A DNA stretch of 64,000 nt from Camelus dromedarius (GCF_036321535.1 NC_087437.1:54686001-54750000), one strand, 5' to 3'; counted from the stretch's first letter, positions 1 to 12,264 are shown. Notes: generated from the sequence alone by a model not told the origin. A program made the numbers and translations.

Positions 1-279
1 AAATGCTTTGCTACTCCCTTCAGTTCACAGTATTTTTAGGCATGATCCTTGTTGCTTGTTCCATTTATCCTCCAGAGCCAGCCAGCCTTCAGAGTCCTTG
101 CGAATGACAACCCCCGTGCTGGGATCCTGCGACGAATCGCAGTTGGTGTTTTGTTGTTGTTGTTGGGGGTAGGGGTATACCGTGTGTTACTCTCTTTTTA
201 CATAGAAGAAATGCGTCTTCCTCAGATAAGCTTTATATTCCTTGAATACAGGATGACAGTCTGATTTATCTGAGTACAG

Positions 280-600
280 GATGAGACTTTGCTTCATCTT
301 GAGTTCCAGTGCTAGGAATAAATGAATAAATGAGTGAATGAATAAATAATGAATGAATAACAAACATTTTTATTGAGTGCATATCATGTTTTGGGCCCTG
401 ATTAGAGAATGATAATTACTTCTGCTCTCAAGAATTTAAGAGTTTATTTTGTGATAGGCAAGCAGAGAGACAGAGTGACATGTGATGAGTGTAATGACAG
501 CAGTGTTCCGGGTGCTGTGGAAGTGTGGTTAAAGGGTACATAACTTGAACTGGAGGATGGAGAATGTGAATTTTGCCTTTAAGGATTAGTGGGAATTGAT
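280..600. mobile_element. Two ancient L2 3'-end fragments, tail to tail
   Basis: L2-type (TGAA)n tail gaataaatgaataaatgagtgaatgaat, followed by antisense L2 end caaacatttttattgagtgc...ctctcaagaatttaagag. Confidence 0.55.
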
Positions 601-649
601 GCTCAGGATCCAAATAATACATAGTAGATGAGACATCATTTTAAATTTT

Positions 650-1175
650 AGCTTGGATGAAGGGAATAGAAGTAAAACCTAGAGGAAATGGATGAATTTC
701 CAGCAGAATATAAATACTGAAAAATGATCTCAAAAGAAGTATAAAACTGCTACAATTATTGTAGAAGTTGTTGGAAATACAATTTAGCTCTGTTATTAAA
801 GTCACATACCTGGGTGGCTTTCCACAGAATTCTGATAAACCTTTTAAGTTCAGATAGTTCTAATCTCATCATTAAACTAATCCAAACATTAGAAAAGGAT
901 GCAGAACTGCCATATCAAAACCTAACAATGATAAGTAAAACAAGTGGAGAAAAAACCACTAATGATCTTCACCAATGAGTATATGTACAAAAACTTTATA
1001 TAAATGAGCATATTTAATTCATCCATTTACCGAAACATTACAACTGTGACCGAGTAGGATTAATTTCTAGGACTTCAAAGATGGTTCAATACCTGGAAGT
1101 CTATGAACGTGATTCAGTTCACCCCTAAATTAAGAGAGGGGGAAAAGAGATGATTGTGTCAGTGGATGCTAAGAA
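650..1175 (+). mobile_element. Ancient L1 ORF2 fragment (reverse-transcriptase region), degraded
   Basis: gtgaccgagtaggattaatttctaggacttcaaagatggttcaata...atgattgtgtcagtggatgctaagaag resembles the L1 segment DQVGFIPGMQGWFN...MIISIDAEK. Confidence 0.7.
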
Positions 1176-1224
1176 GGGAGATAACACAGATTCGAGAAAG
1201 GGAAGAGTAACCAAGGAGATCAAC

Positions 1225-1680
1225 ATTTATTCATTCACGCATTCATGCGTAACATATTTCTCTGAGGGCCTCCTTGCCAGGCACTGTGCTGGTATAGTGA
1301 GAGCACTTAGGAACTTCCAGTTTATTGGGGCAGATAAGCAGGTGAATACCTAGCTTACGTGTGGACTGTTAGTATGGAACAAGTACTAGAAGAGCCTGGG
1401 AGTTAAGCTACTCTTTTTGGAGAGAGTTAGGGAAATGTTCACAGCATCAGAGTCATTTGAGCTGGGTCAAGGTAAAAAAAAAAGTGGGATCTGGTAGAAA
1501 GTGAAGGGAGGTATATGGCATTGTAGATGGTGGGCACAGCATGAGCAGAGATTCAGGGGCATCGAATTTCCTTGTAAATCCTGGGAATGGTGTCACTGGG
1601 TCATTGTTAACATGTAGAGGAATGGTATGAAAAGATGGTGCTAAGGTCAAATGGGACAGATTCTTGGCCACACCCTGGCA
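1225..1680 (-). mobile_element. L2 fragment
   Basis: atttattcattcacgcattcat...ccaggcactgtgctgg... followed by a purine-rich L2-like body. Confidence 0.6.
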
Positions 1681-1956
1681 CATGCTGGAGATGTCACTGG
1701 AGTTGCCTGCAGGGCGAGTGCAGTGTCGCAGGGGTAATATATGGTGCTGGGGGTAGCTGAAAATACGATAGAGGCTATGCTTTGCATATGGATGCATAAG
1801 TTTTCATTTTTCATACTTTCCCGGAAGTTTCCTGTTCCTTTATATGTATGGAATTTCTGAAAAGGCCAGGATTCTACAGTCGATTGGCAATGTGAGATTG
1901 CTCTGGAAATGTGCCTCTTTGCTTTAGAAGTCACTGTATCCTATATTAACCCATTT

Positions 1957-2009
1957 TTAATGTTTCTATTTTGGAATAACTTAAGATTTATGGAAAATTT
2001 GCAAGGATA
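1957..2009 (-). mobile_element. Very short 5'-truncated old L1 3' end with 14-bp TSD
   Basis: tattttggaataacttaagatttatggaaaatttgcaaggata resembles an antisense L1MB/MC terminus. Flanked by atattaacccattt (1943-1956) and atactaacccattt (2010-2023). Confidence 0.65.
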
Positions 2010-4195
2010 ATACTAACCCATTTAAAAAATCTACCAATAAAATTTCCACTACAAATGTGCGTGGTGCATTCACATTTCCAAGTGTTTATTTCATCCTACT
2101 TGCTCTCCACTGATACTCACCTGAGTCGTGTTGACAGTCGGACAGACACTTTATCCCTTTCTTAGAAGACTGAGGTTCAAGCAAGCAAATAAAACCAAAG
2201 TTGCTGATTCTCAGCCTTGAGAGATGGGCTTGTTTTTGATATTGATTTAAAAAAACTCAAAGAATTCTTAATGTGCAGCCAGTTTTAAGAACCAGAAGTT
2301 AACCAGATTCATGGTTATTTTTCCATATGGGTTTAAGGCTGTATAAAATACAGTCCCCATGCTTCCAAAAAACTCTCAGTTGACCAGGTGTCTACAAGGT
2401 ACGGGGAAGGAAGAGGAAAAAAAGGCCCTGTGACCAGAGTGAAAAGCCAGTGTCACCACTGGCTTAGGTGACAGAACCCTTCTGATTCCTAATTTAGAGT
2501 CTTCCTCACTGATTCCTGTCATCCTCTTTCATTGAGAAACCTACACCTCCAACAGTTCTTCTCTGCTCACTTTGCTTAGCAGTTGACAGTATATGAAATA
2601 GTTTAATGTTGTTATCTCACTGGTTGTTACAAAACTTGAGTTCAGGAGGACAAGGAGTGGAGGCAGCTGGTGCATCAGATGAAGGAAGCGGGGCTGTCAA
2701 GGGCACGTCACCCTCCTGGTGTGGCCTAGTGCTACCCAGGCAACACTGGGCCCCATCTCTCCCCCTTCACCCCCTCCTTCCGTGGCCCTGCCATGTGCCA
2801 AGGACTTTATTTTCTCCTGCGTTTCCAGTTCTCTTTGTCGTTACAGACATCTGGAGGTAATCATGGAGCCCTCTCAATTAATTCAGTTCAATTAATAAAT
2901 TACTGGGTGGATTTGGGGCTGGGAGTGGGTGAGGGAGCCTTCCGGGCCTCCCTGCGTTGGAGAGCTCTTGCAATCAGACTTGGAGAGCCCTCCTGAGCGG
3001 CAGTCTTTGAGGCTCGGCCCTAGCCTGCAGGCTGTCTGGAGGGGTGGTTGGGTTACCCTGACACAAGATGTCATTTTATTTTCCTCACAGAGTGTATTTT
3101 AATCTGAGTAGAACAGCATCTGGGTTGGATCATTCATCCCCCCTCCTAGTTCAGATTTTCCTAAGGGTCCAGTATGATATCAGCTAAAATAGCTCCTGAT
3201 GGGTGTCCTGTGGGATGCCCTGTGCATTATAGGGGTTGAATTTTAGCCCCTGGGCACTGAATACCAGTAATCATCCCAGGTGTTGTGGCAGTGTCCTCTC
3301 CCCCCAGTTTCCAGTGCTCCTTGGTGAGGAGCAGCACTGCTCCTGCCAGAGGGATGTTGTAAAGTGTCCTGCCATGCACTTACTGTGTCGTTATTTCAAG
3401 AAGAAGCTTTTGGTGGTTTCTTAATGCCTGCAGAACTCAATCCAAACTCCTCAAGCTTGTGCACAAAGCTGTGCTTTGGTTGCACTCCCCCCCACCCCCC
3501 CATTTTTAGTTCTTTTGCTTGCTCCTTTTCTGTATTCCCCCTCCAGCCACACTCAACTTGAGTGCTGGGTACTCTTCTGCGCATGCAACGTTGCCAACAT
3601 TGTTCAGGCCCGACCTGTGCTCAGCACTCAAGGCTCGGTCTGACGGTCGCCTCATTAATGAGGTCTTAGTTCTGCTCCGAGCAAGAAGTGACCTTATCTT
3701 TTTCTACATTCCAGAAACACTTTTATTTACTTTTGACCTCATTTAGATAATACCACCTCCCTTGGGTAACTTATCACCCTTTTATATATTGATGTGGGAA
3801 TCATTTTAATAGATTATTAATAAAATTGAAGCTTTCTGCCAACCTTGCTGATATAAGGTTCTCCTACCATAGAAGCTTCTTTAGGTTGGGGACGACTTCT
3901 TACTCATATCTGTTTCCTGAATAATGCTAGGGCAGCTATTTGCTAACTGTGGGGAGAGACGTATTCAAGGTTGGTTGAAGGGAGTGTTCAATTTTTCTTT
4001 TCCTCCAGTTAAGGTAGGTTTTTCATAACTTTCCTCCTTCTTCCTTCCTTCATCTTCTCGCTTCCTGTTATCAGAGTGCTTTTCAAGGTTTCATTAAGTA
4101 TGGATAAAGAAGAGGTAACAACGATGTGAAGTATGTTGCCTTCATTTTTTCGTCTTACGTCAAAAACAACTGTGTTTATTCCTTTTTAATTCTAG

Positions 4196-4396
4196 ATTGC
4201 ACAATGTCGCACCCATCTTGGCTGCCACCCAAAAGCACTGCTGAGCCCTTGGGCCATGTGCCTGCACGGATGGAGACCACCCATTCCTTTGGGACCCCGA
4301 GCATTTCAGTGTCCACCCAGCAGCCACCCAAGAAGTTTGCCCCAGTCGTTGCTCCAAAGCCCAAGTACAACCCATACAAGCAACCTGGTGGTGAAG
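4196..4396 (+). other. LPP: LPP exon including 8 nt of 5' UTR; acceptor AG 4194-4195, donor GT 4397-4398
   Basis: Pyrimidine tract tttattcctttttaattctag|ATTGCACAATG and consensus donor AAG|GTGAGT. Confidence 0.92.
4204..4396 (+). CDS. LPP: LPP first coding exon (N-terminal 64 aa plus 1 nt, phase-1 donor); partial CDS, later exons outside the window
   Basis: Translation MSHPSWLPPKSTAEPLGHVPARMETTHSFGTPSISVSTQQPPKKFAPVVAPKPKYNPYKQPGGE matches the mammalian LPP N-terminus as I recall it, including the zyxin-family KKFAPVVAPKPK motif. ATG at 4204 has A at -3 (ACAATG). The exon ends at GAAG|GTGAGT. Confidence 0.97.
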
Positions 4397-7300
4397 GTGA
4401 GTGTGAGGGTTGCGGAGCTGGGTGCCCCCGCTGGGAGAGTTCAATATAATAAAAGAGATTTATATACAACTTGCGTAACAAAAGTGATATGTACTATTAT
4501 ATTGTAGTACAACGTGATAAAAGTGGTTGGTTGTGTCGGGGAAAGGTAGATCAAGAATTTGCAGTGTGGTTGTCAAAAAGTATAGATTCTCAAAGTTGGA
4601 AGAACACCTAGTAACTGTCTAGGCAACTCTTCTTTTAGGTATAAAGAGACTGAGACCTCTCAGGGGTTATGTGACTATGGTGAGTTGGGGCCAGAGCTAA
4701 ACCTAGAACCCCCCTCTCTCCATTCGTAGCTCAGTGCCCTTCTACTGCTGTATCCTCCATCCCTGTCCCACTGTCTTGTAGAAGTGTCTACCACCCCCCC
4801 CCCCACTGCCATTGGACGAGGGTCCCCAAATGCTGCCAAGCAGTGGTCTGATGGGAAACCCATACGAAGCGAACCGAGTAAGGCACCCAGAGTTGTGCTG
4901 CCTTCTCTGGTTACTTTTCCACTCGTAGGCTACTGTAGGATAAAGTCGTCTGCAGGGCTCTGTGTGTTGAAACACAGAGAACTTTGAGTGAAGCCTAGTT
5001 TTAGGGGCTTAGTAGTGGTGGTACATTTTACATCAAGGGGGATTTGAGGATCTCCGTGATCTCAGCACACCCGGTGTATCTGCATGGGCACAGCCACACG
5101 GTGGACCCCACAGGCAGCATGAAGAGTGCTGTACTCTGGTTGAAGAGGCTCCATATTTTTACCTATCAGTGCCGGCAGCTCATCCAAACCCGTGAAACAC
5201 TGACTTACAGCTGTCAGTAGGTCGTTAGCCTTCTGGTTGCTGAGAGAGAAGAGGTGGTGAAAGAAGATTCAGCCCCCCTCTCTCTATTTTCTCCCCCATC
5301 CTACTTTTTAAAACAATCACCTCACCCTCTCCAAGATGTCTCTTACTCCTTGGATGACATTCGTGCGTTTGTTTCAGCGATTTTGCATGCGACTGTTTCA
5401 CATTCTGTGATACAGTTCAGTCTCTCTCTTTTCTTTCTAGTCCTCTCCCCACCCACAGTGAACACTTCTCCAGTCTATTAGTATTTTAGGACTGATGTCC
5501 GAGGCCTAGTCCAGATGTGTAGTTCGTGTCAGGTGGCTGGACCCTTAGGCAGGTGGTTGGGAGGAGGTCAGGTGTCGGCATGCCGCCCTGAGCTGTGGCT
5601 GTGGACCTGGGGTCTGCTTTGTCTGGAGAGAGCGAGGACAAGCCTGCCAGGCTGCTCTGGGAGAGCAGTCCATGCGGCCCGTGGCTCTGCGCAGCTCCAC
5701 GTGGGTCCCTGCAGCTTCGCTGGCCTCGTGGGAGCCCGCACCGCTGCAGTTAGTCAGGGGCTTGGCAGAACTGGTTTCCTTTGCCTTGCTGTTCTTTAGC
5801 GATCGCGGGACTCAAGGCTGTGATGTGGGAGAGAGCCCCTCTAAACAAGACAAGAGGAGCCATTGTTGGCTTTCTCATCTGTTTTCTCTGTGTCTCCCTG
5901 GTCTCCTTACTAGGGGATTGTTACGTTGTCTCCCCATTTTTGGGGAGAGCTAAGATGGACTTTCTCTAACATGAAGGGAATGAGGGCAGAGTGTCCTAAG
6001 GAGGCAGACGTGTGAGGAAGGCTTAGTGGGTGTGACAGTCGGTGCACACCTGAGGGTCAGGGTGGGGCAGGGCTTGTGTAAGAGGGAGGAGAGAAGCAGA
6101 CCATGGTCGCCCTTCAGGCCCCTGCGCTCTGAGTGCTACGAACTGTGTGGTGGGTTGGCCCCTGGCTGACTCCTCCGGCATTAAGATGCCCCATCCTCTT
6201 CACCGCACCACGCAGGGCTCTCCCACTGCCTGGTGTGTTCTCTGGGGACGCTGGCGCCCTCTTTGATCCTCTGCAGCTCTTTGCTCAACTCTTTGTTCTT
6301 TCTTAACTTGCCGCCCACACCCTTTTGTCACCTATCAAAACCCTGCTTGTGTCGCCTTCCCCAGTGTCCAGACATGGCCCAGATCAGAGGTGACCGCTCC
6401 CTTCCCTGGGTTTCCACGAGCACCTTATTCTATCACGCTTCTACTTCTTTTGATGTTCCTCCTGCTCTTACTCTGCCGCTTGTGACTACACATCCCATGG
6501 GAGGCACTCTGTTTTTCCATTGTCATTTTAATACCTCCTCCTCTAACCCTAAGAACTGCTTTTGTTTTCACATAAAGTAATGGAGGCTCAGAGAAGAGAG
6601 GTGACATGCTCTCTGGTTTTGTGACTAGGTTTCCGAAGTGAGGCTGCCGTCCTCACGCAGCGTGCTGTCCTGCTGGTCCCTGTCTTCATGGCATATGTGG
6701 CCCCATATGATGGTGATACTTCCCTACTTCCTTATAAGAATGTAAGCTTTGTTTCCCCATTTAAGCAACAAGACATGGTTTCTCACTCATCCTTCTGTTC
6801 CTCTTGGCTCTTATTATGCTACTGTGTTTTTAGTAGGAATGATTGTGTGTGGTCAAATGTATGTCTGTATGTTCTTATGTGTATATATATTTGGATGGGT
6901 GGCGGATGGCTGGATGGGTGAGTGCACTGCTCAGTAAATCTTCTCTTGCAATAAACAGTTTGGAATGTGGCATCCTCATTCGAAGCAACTCAGTCTCATT
7001 TAATTTCTGAAGTTGATTCTTTCTTGCAATTCTGCCAATCCCTTTCTCTCTTTTAATATAACCTTTTTTGAATACGTGAAGGAAGAAACTTCCCTTGCAT
7101 ATATACATTTTAAAGACAAACATGGGTAAAGTTTCATGGATATTCAGACTTTTTAAAATGTAGCTCTGTCTCTTCATCTGCTATATATTATGACGCGGTA
7201 TTTGTTAGAGGTGTAAGATTTGCTTACTTTATATTTAGTTTAAATGTTACTGCATCCTCTGTTGCTCTCAATGTTTTTATAATTCATGTTACTTTCTGTT

Positions 7301-10299
7301 TAATTTTTTATACATTTCTGAAGTTTATATCTATTTTCTTTTTTTTTTTTTGGCCCATTTAGAATGTTCTGTACCATTAGTGAAATCCCCAGGTAGTAGG
7401 TAACACAGTTTTTATTTACAGGGTGAGTTGATGATGCTAAGATCTCGTGCCTCAGCTCACGCTATTCTTGGCCTCTCGTACACACTTGCCTTCAATTTCT
7501 AGCCCATCAAGTCTTTATATTCATAGCTTAATTCAGAGCCTGGCTTCCAGGAACCTCAGCCACAAAGACAGAGCATTAGAACTGATGGAAATCATGCAGT
7601 CCACCCTTTTCTGGTGTAAAGGTGAGAAGTGCTGTGCAGACTGTGTGAGTGATTTGCTTGGAGATGCACGGCCTGCTCGTGGTCAAGTGGGCACTGGACC
7701 TCGGGTCCCTTCTGAGTCCCAGGTTATCCAGGACCTTGTGTTACAGTCTAGTGAGGATGTTGCCACACCTCATAACCTCCATTCATCTCATACCATCCCC
7801 TTCACAACCAGCTCTAGTAGATTTACTTGCTTATGCACCTGTCTCCTTCTGTAGACTTGGACCTTTTGGAGGCAGGGGCTGCCTGAGTCATGCCTTCACT
7901 CCAGACAGCATCCAGCAGGACACCTGACACACAGTAGGTCCTCAGTGATGTTTACAGTGACAGTTAAACCACAGGAACACAGATTCGAGCTTCTCATCGA
8001 CTTGCTAGGTTGTATGGTTCTGCAGCGCAGCGTATGTGTTTGAATTACTTTTACTGCCTCTGCCCATTCCTTGAGCTTTTAGCCCAGGATTTGTTTAACC
8101 ACTGCTACCCTGAAGTTAGCGCTTACATTTCTCACCATAATATAGGTATTTTGTCTTTAATCTCTGGGGTTTGCTTTCTCGTTTTTAAATTCTGACTGTG
8201 AAAATAGGAAAAGTACCCACGTGTTTTCCACATCGACTTACATTTATGTGATACCATGTCTTACAATTTTCTTTTATAAAGCATTCTGCTAATAACTTTC
8301 TCTGCAGGGCTTTGGCACATTTTAAGTGGGGTGTGCTTTTTTTCCCCTGTTAGTAGCTCCTTAGGCCTTAGGGTCCTTTTATTTCACTACAATTATTCTC
8401 ATTTTTCATCAAATTTTTTTTTTCAACAACTTGTGTGTTTTGGAATGCCCCTGCACTTCCAAATCCTTTTTTCTGTCCTGTACTGTATCCTTATGAGCCC
8501 ATGTATATTTTTACTGCTTTGTTTTTTTACCATGTTGAGTGTCTGTGTCATTTTTTATGGAATGATGTTGGTGTGTATGTATGGTTTTGTCTCATCACCT
8601 TCTGTTCTAGGCTGATGAGTGCAATAAGATGATGTGATTTTTCTTCTGGTCTTTAAAGTACTAGCCAATGGTGTTCTTTATCCTATAATCTGAGTCCCCT
8701 CTCTGCTTCAGATTTGGAAAAAAAAAAAAAAAAGAAAGAAAAAGAAAAATCCCAAAGCCTTAGGCCTTGATGGCAGATCTTTCTTTTACTGTCCAGTGGA
8801 TACCAAAGTCAGTGAGCTTTCTGACTTTACTAACACATTATTTCTTTAAAATTGTTTTGAAATTTTCCTATTGTACAACTTTGGCAAATGGAAACTCCAC
8901 TCCACACCCCCCCCCCCCGGCCCCTTTCTCTTTCAATTATTTGGCTGCATGAAATTTGATAATATTTCATAACCATATTATAATAGATTATCATACAGAA
9001 TGATTTGTAAATTTTGCAAGTTTGTAAACTTAGGGTTGTCTTGTGGTCTAGAATTGACTTTCTCCAATGTCTGAAGTTTCTTTTAAGAGATACTTTTAAT
9101 GTAAGATTTTTCTTAAAAAGTGAATCCGTAGGGTACAAATTCAAGGTAACCCTTTCAGGAGAATTCTTCTTATCTGTATGCTGCCTTACGGTTTATCTGG
9201 CACTTCCATTTTCATTGTCATTTAATTCTGAAAAGAGACTTCCTGCTGTAGCTCTCTGAGTCAGGTGAAACAGGTGTCATGGCCATTGTGCGGAGTGGTG
9301 GACTACCAGAAGTGGAATACCTTATCCAGTAATTGCATGCTAGTAAAACTGTAGAGCTAAGCTCTAGTCTTTGTCCCTGGGGTTCTCGCTGATTTAAAGG
9401 GCTCCATCTATCGGAGATTGGGCTAGACACCCTCACCTGTTCTAATTCCACTGCTTTATTACGGCATGGTTCTTCTTTGAAATTAATTTCAAAATGGTTG
9501 CTCTTTTCACAAACTTGTACACGTCTATGTAATACAAACAAAACCATTGTTTTCCAGCTTTGCCTACAGTGCTTTACCTGGACTCATTGGGTCAGATCAG
9601 AATAGGTGAAATGAATTCTGTGCAGCCAGGTTCCTAAGCCTGCACATTTTTAACTAGATCTGCTACCTGAGGTTATTAATCCATCCTATGGAGAGGGAAT
9701 CGTTCTAGGTGATCGCAAACTCACTGAAATATCAGGAACTCTGCTGAGACCCAAGTTTGACTGGCGTGTCCCTTTTCCCGTTCAGGGTAAGCGTCTCGGG
9801 CCTCCTCTATCACTGTGCAGTGCAGTGCATGAGTTTTAATTTTCAGAGCCTCAGGGAGGAAAATGGACAAGCTGTTCACTCATTAAAGGGTCAGGTAATA
9901 ACTGTATTAGTTTGATCTTTACATAGCATCTTCCTGAGGAGAAAATAACTTGTAATTCTTTGGATGGAATCAGATCTTCCTAAATATTCATAGGCCTTAT
10001 TGATACTTAGAAGAGCCAAGGTTTGGTGCTGACTTGGTGGTCAGGGCATTTACTTTCAAACCCCAGTTTCACCACTTGATCTTGGGCATCACAATTTTCT
10101 TTTCCACATTTTCTTAATTTATACAACTCGCTGGTGAAATAGAACACTGTAAACATGTTTTATAAAGCATAAAATACCTGATAACTAGAAATTACTATTG
10201 CATACTTATTCCACAAACATTTGCTTAAAACAGATTTTGTACAAGGCCCTCTGAAGTAATGAGCGAAACAGAGATTGCTTTCTGCCCTCATGGAGTATA

Positions 10300-10715
10300 C
10301 TTCTTGCTATAATTAAAATAACTAGTTGTTTTTATTAATATGAAGTAATATTGATAAAATTATAAAAGTATTTACTTAATAAGTACATTTCATAATTTTA
10401 TACACAGTTACTAGCAATTATTCTAAATTATAATACTGGCACTATAAAAATAATAAATGTGTAGTAATACAAATGTAATAATTACTAATAATTACTAATG
10501 ATTACTAATAAAGGTATTTAGCAATACTGATAAACAGTATTAACTTCTAATAACACTGATAGGAATCACAGTACCTTGGTAGTTTATATACATATATATC
10601 ATATATATAAAATAAAAATATAAGATATAAATGTATAAAATATAAAAATATATTCATATATTATATAAAATATAAAATAAAATATATATTTTTATATATA
10701 TATATATAAAATAAG
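10300..10715. repeat. AT-rich low-complexity region with 10-bp tandem (attactaata x3) and (TA)n
   Basis: Seen directly: attactaata attactaatg attactaata at 10481-10510 and TA-rich run 10585-10712. Confidence 0.85.
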
Positions 10716-11360
10716 ATTTTTGAACCAGGTGAATCTTAACAATTATCTAATACAATGCCTTCATTTCTTTGGTAAGGAAGTTAGTTCCCTAATACATTTC
10801 TAGGAGGTATACGGCCTTTGCTTTAGAAATGCTGTAAATAACAAATCAGAATTGGCTGAGTACAAGCAGGAGTTATTACCTCGGTTTTAAAGGCTCAGAG
10901 AGGTCAGATGGCTTGTTCAGTGTTACAGAACAGTATGTGGTGAGGCTGACCCTGGGTTCTGTCTACTCCTTCCAAGATTGTCACAGTTCTGTGTCAACAA
11001 AGTGTTGTAGGTGACTTGTTTAGAATCTATAGTGATAGAATTAATATGTGTGCGCAGGGTGGCTTAGATGTTTTAGAACAAAAATAATTCATGTGTTGTT
11101 GACAGAATCTTGTTTATTTTGTAACCTATCAGCTTAATTAACTGCTGAGGTGAACTCCTTGATGAGGTGGTGGAGTCCACATCCATATCTGACTCCAAAA
11201 ACTGTGAATAATGCACTATTGAGTGGTGAGATGCTCTTTAATCATCTTCATTTGTAAATTATATGAATGTGTAATACAATTTTCACCCCATATTTGAAAT
11301 CTGAACACAGCTTAATTTCTTTTTCTAGAATAAAAATAAATATAGAACAACAATAAGATA

Positions 11361-12264
11361 TCACCACCCATCTATTAGAACAGCTAAAGTAAAAAATTGT
11401 ATCATATTCTGGCAAAGATGTGAAGCTGGAGCTCTCATATATTGCTGATAGTTATGTGTAAAATGGTATAACCACTCTGGAAAACTTTTTAGTACCCTTT
11501 TTTTTTTTCTGTTAACCAAAGTAAAGGTGTATAACCATATGATCAAGCAGTTGAACCCCTAGGCATTGAATCTAGATGTGAAGAGTTATGTTCACCAAAA
11601 GAACCCTGTACATGAATGTTCATGGCAGCTTTTTCCATAATGGCAAAATGCTGGAAAAATGTCTTTCGGTGGGTATACGTTTAAGCAGACTCTGGTACAC
11701 CCATACAATGGCATAGTACTACTCATTAATAAAAGGTAGTGATCTGTTGATACATGAAACAGCCTGGATTGATCTCAAGGGCATTATGCCTAATGAAAAA
11801 AGAAAAATCAATCTTGAAAGATTACATATACCGTATGATTCCATTTATAAGATATTCTTGAGATGGCAAAACTCAAGAGATGGAGAACAGATTAGTGGTA
11901 GTTGGGGACAGAAAGGGGGATGGAGGGGGCAGGGAATGGGTGTTCATACCAAGAAAAAGCAACAGGAGTCTTTCTGAGGTGGGGGAAGAGTTCTGTATCT
12001 CAGTTATGGTGGTGGTTACAGGAGTTTATACATTGGCTAAAATTGCATAGACCTATATATACACACAAATGAATGCAGGTTAAAATATGGTGAAAACTGA
12101 AAAAGGTCTGGTTAACACTAAGGAAACCGTCGGTTTTCCTGACTTTAAAGTGTATTATATCCATATCAGATGTTACCACTGGGAGAAGCTGGGTAAGTGG
12201 TGCCGGGAACTTTATACTATTTTTACAATTTTCTGTGTCTATATTTCAAAATAAAAAGCTTAAT
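11361..12264 (+). mobile_element. Old L1 (L1MC/MB-like) ORF2 end plus 3' UTR, with 12-bp TSD
   Basis: ctctcatatattgctga...aaatggtataaccactctggaaaac...atggagaacagattagtggt...tttcaaaataaaaag. Direct repeat aacaataagata at 11349-11360 and 12265-12276. Confidence 0.85.

Larger units (their letters stand above)
1..4195 (+). other. LPP: LPP intron upstream of the first coding exon (3' part)
   Basis: Ends in a canonical acceptor and is repeat-rich. LPP is known to have upstream non-coding exons. Confidence 0.8.

Noticed and set aside
4126..4203. N-terminal extension of the LPP ORF from the GTG at 4126
   Set aside because: Most of it lies upstream of the splice acceptor at 4194-4195, so it is intronic. 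The real start is ATG 4204.
5540..6260. CpG island or promoter
   Set aside because: CpG density looks modest and patchy. Kept only as a low-level regulatory candidate.
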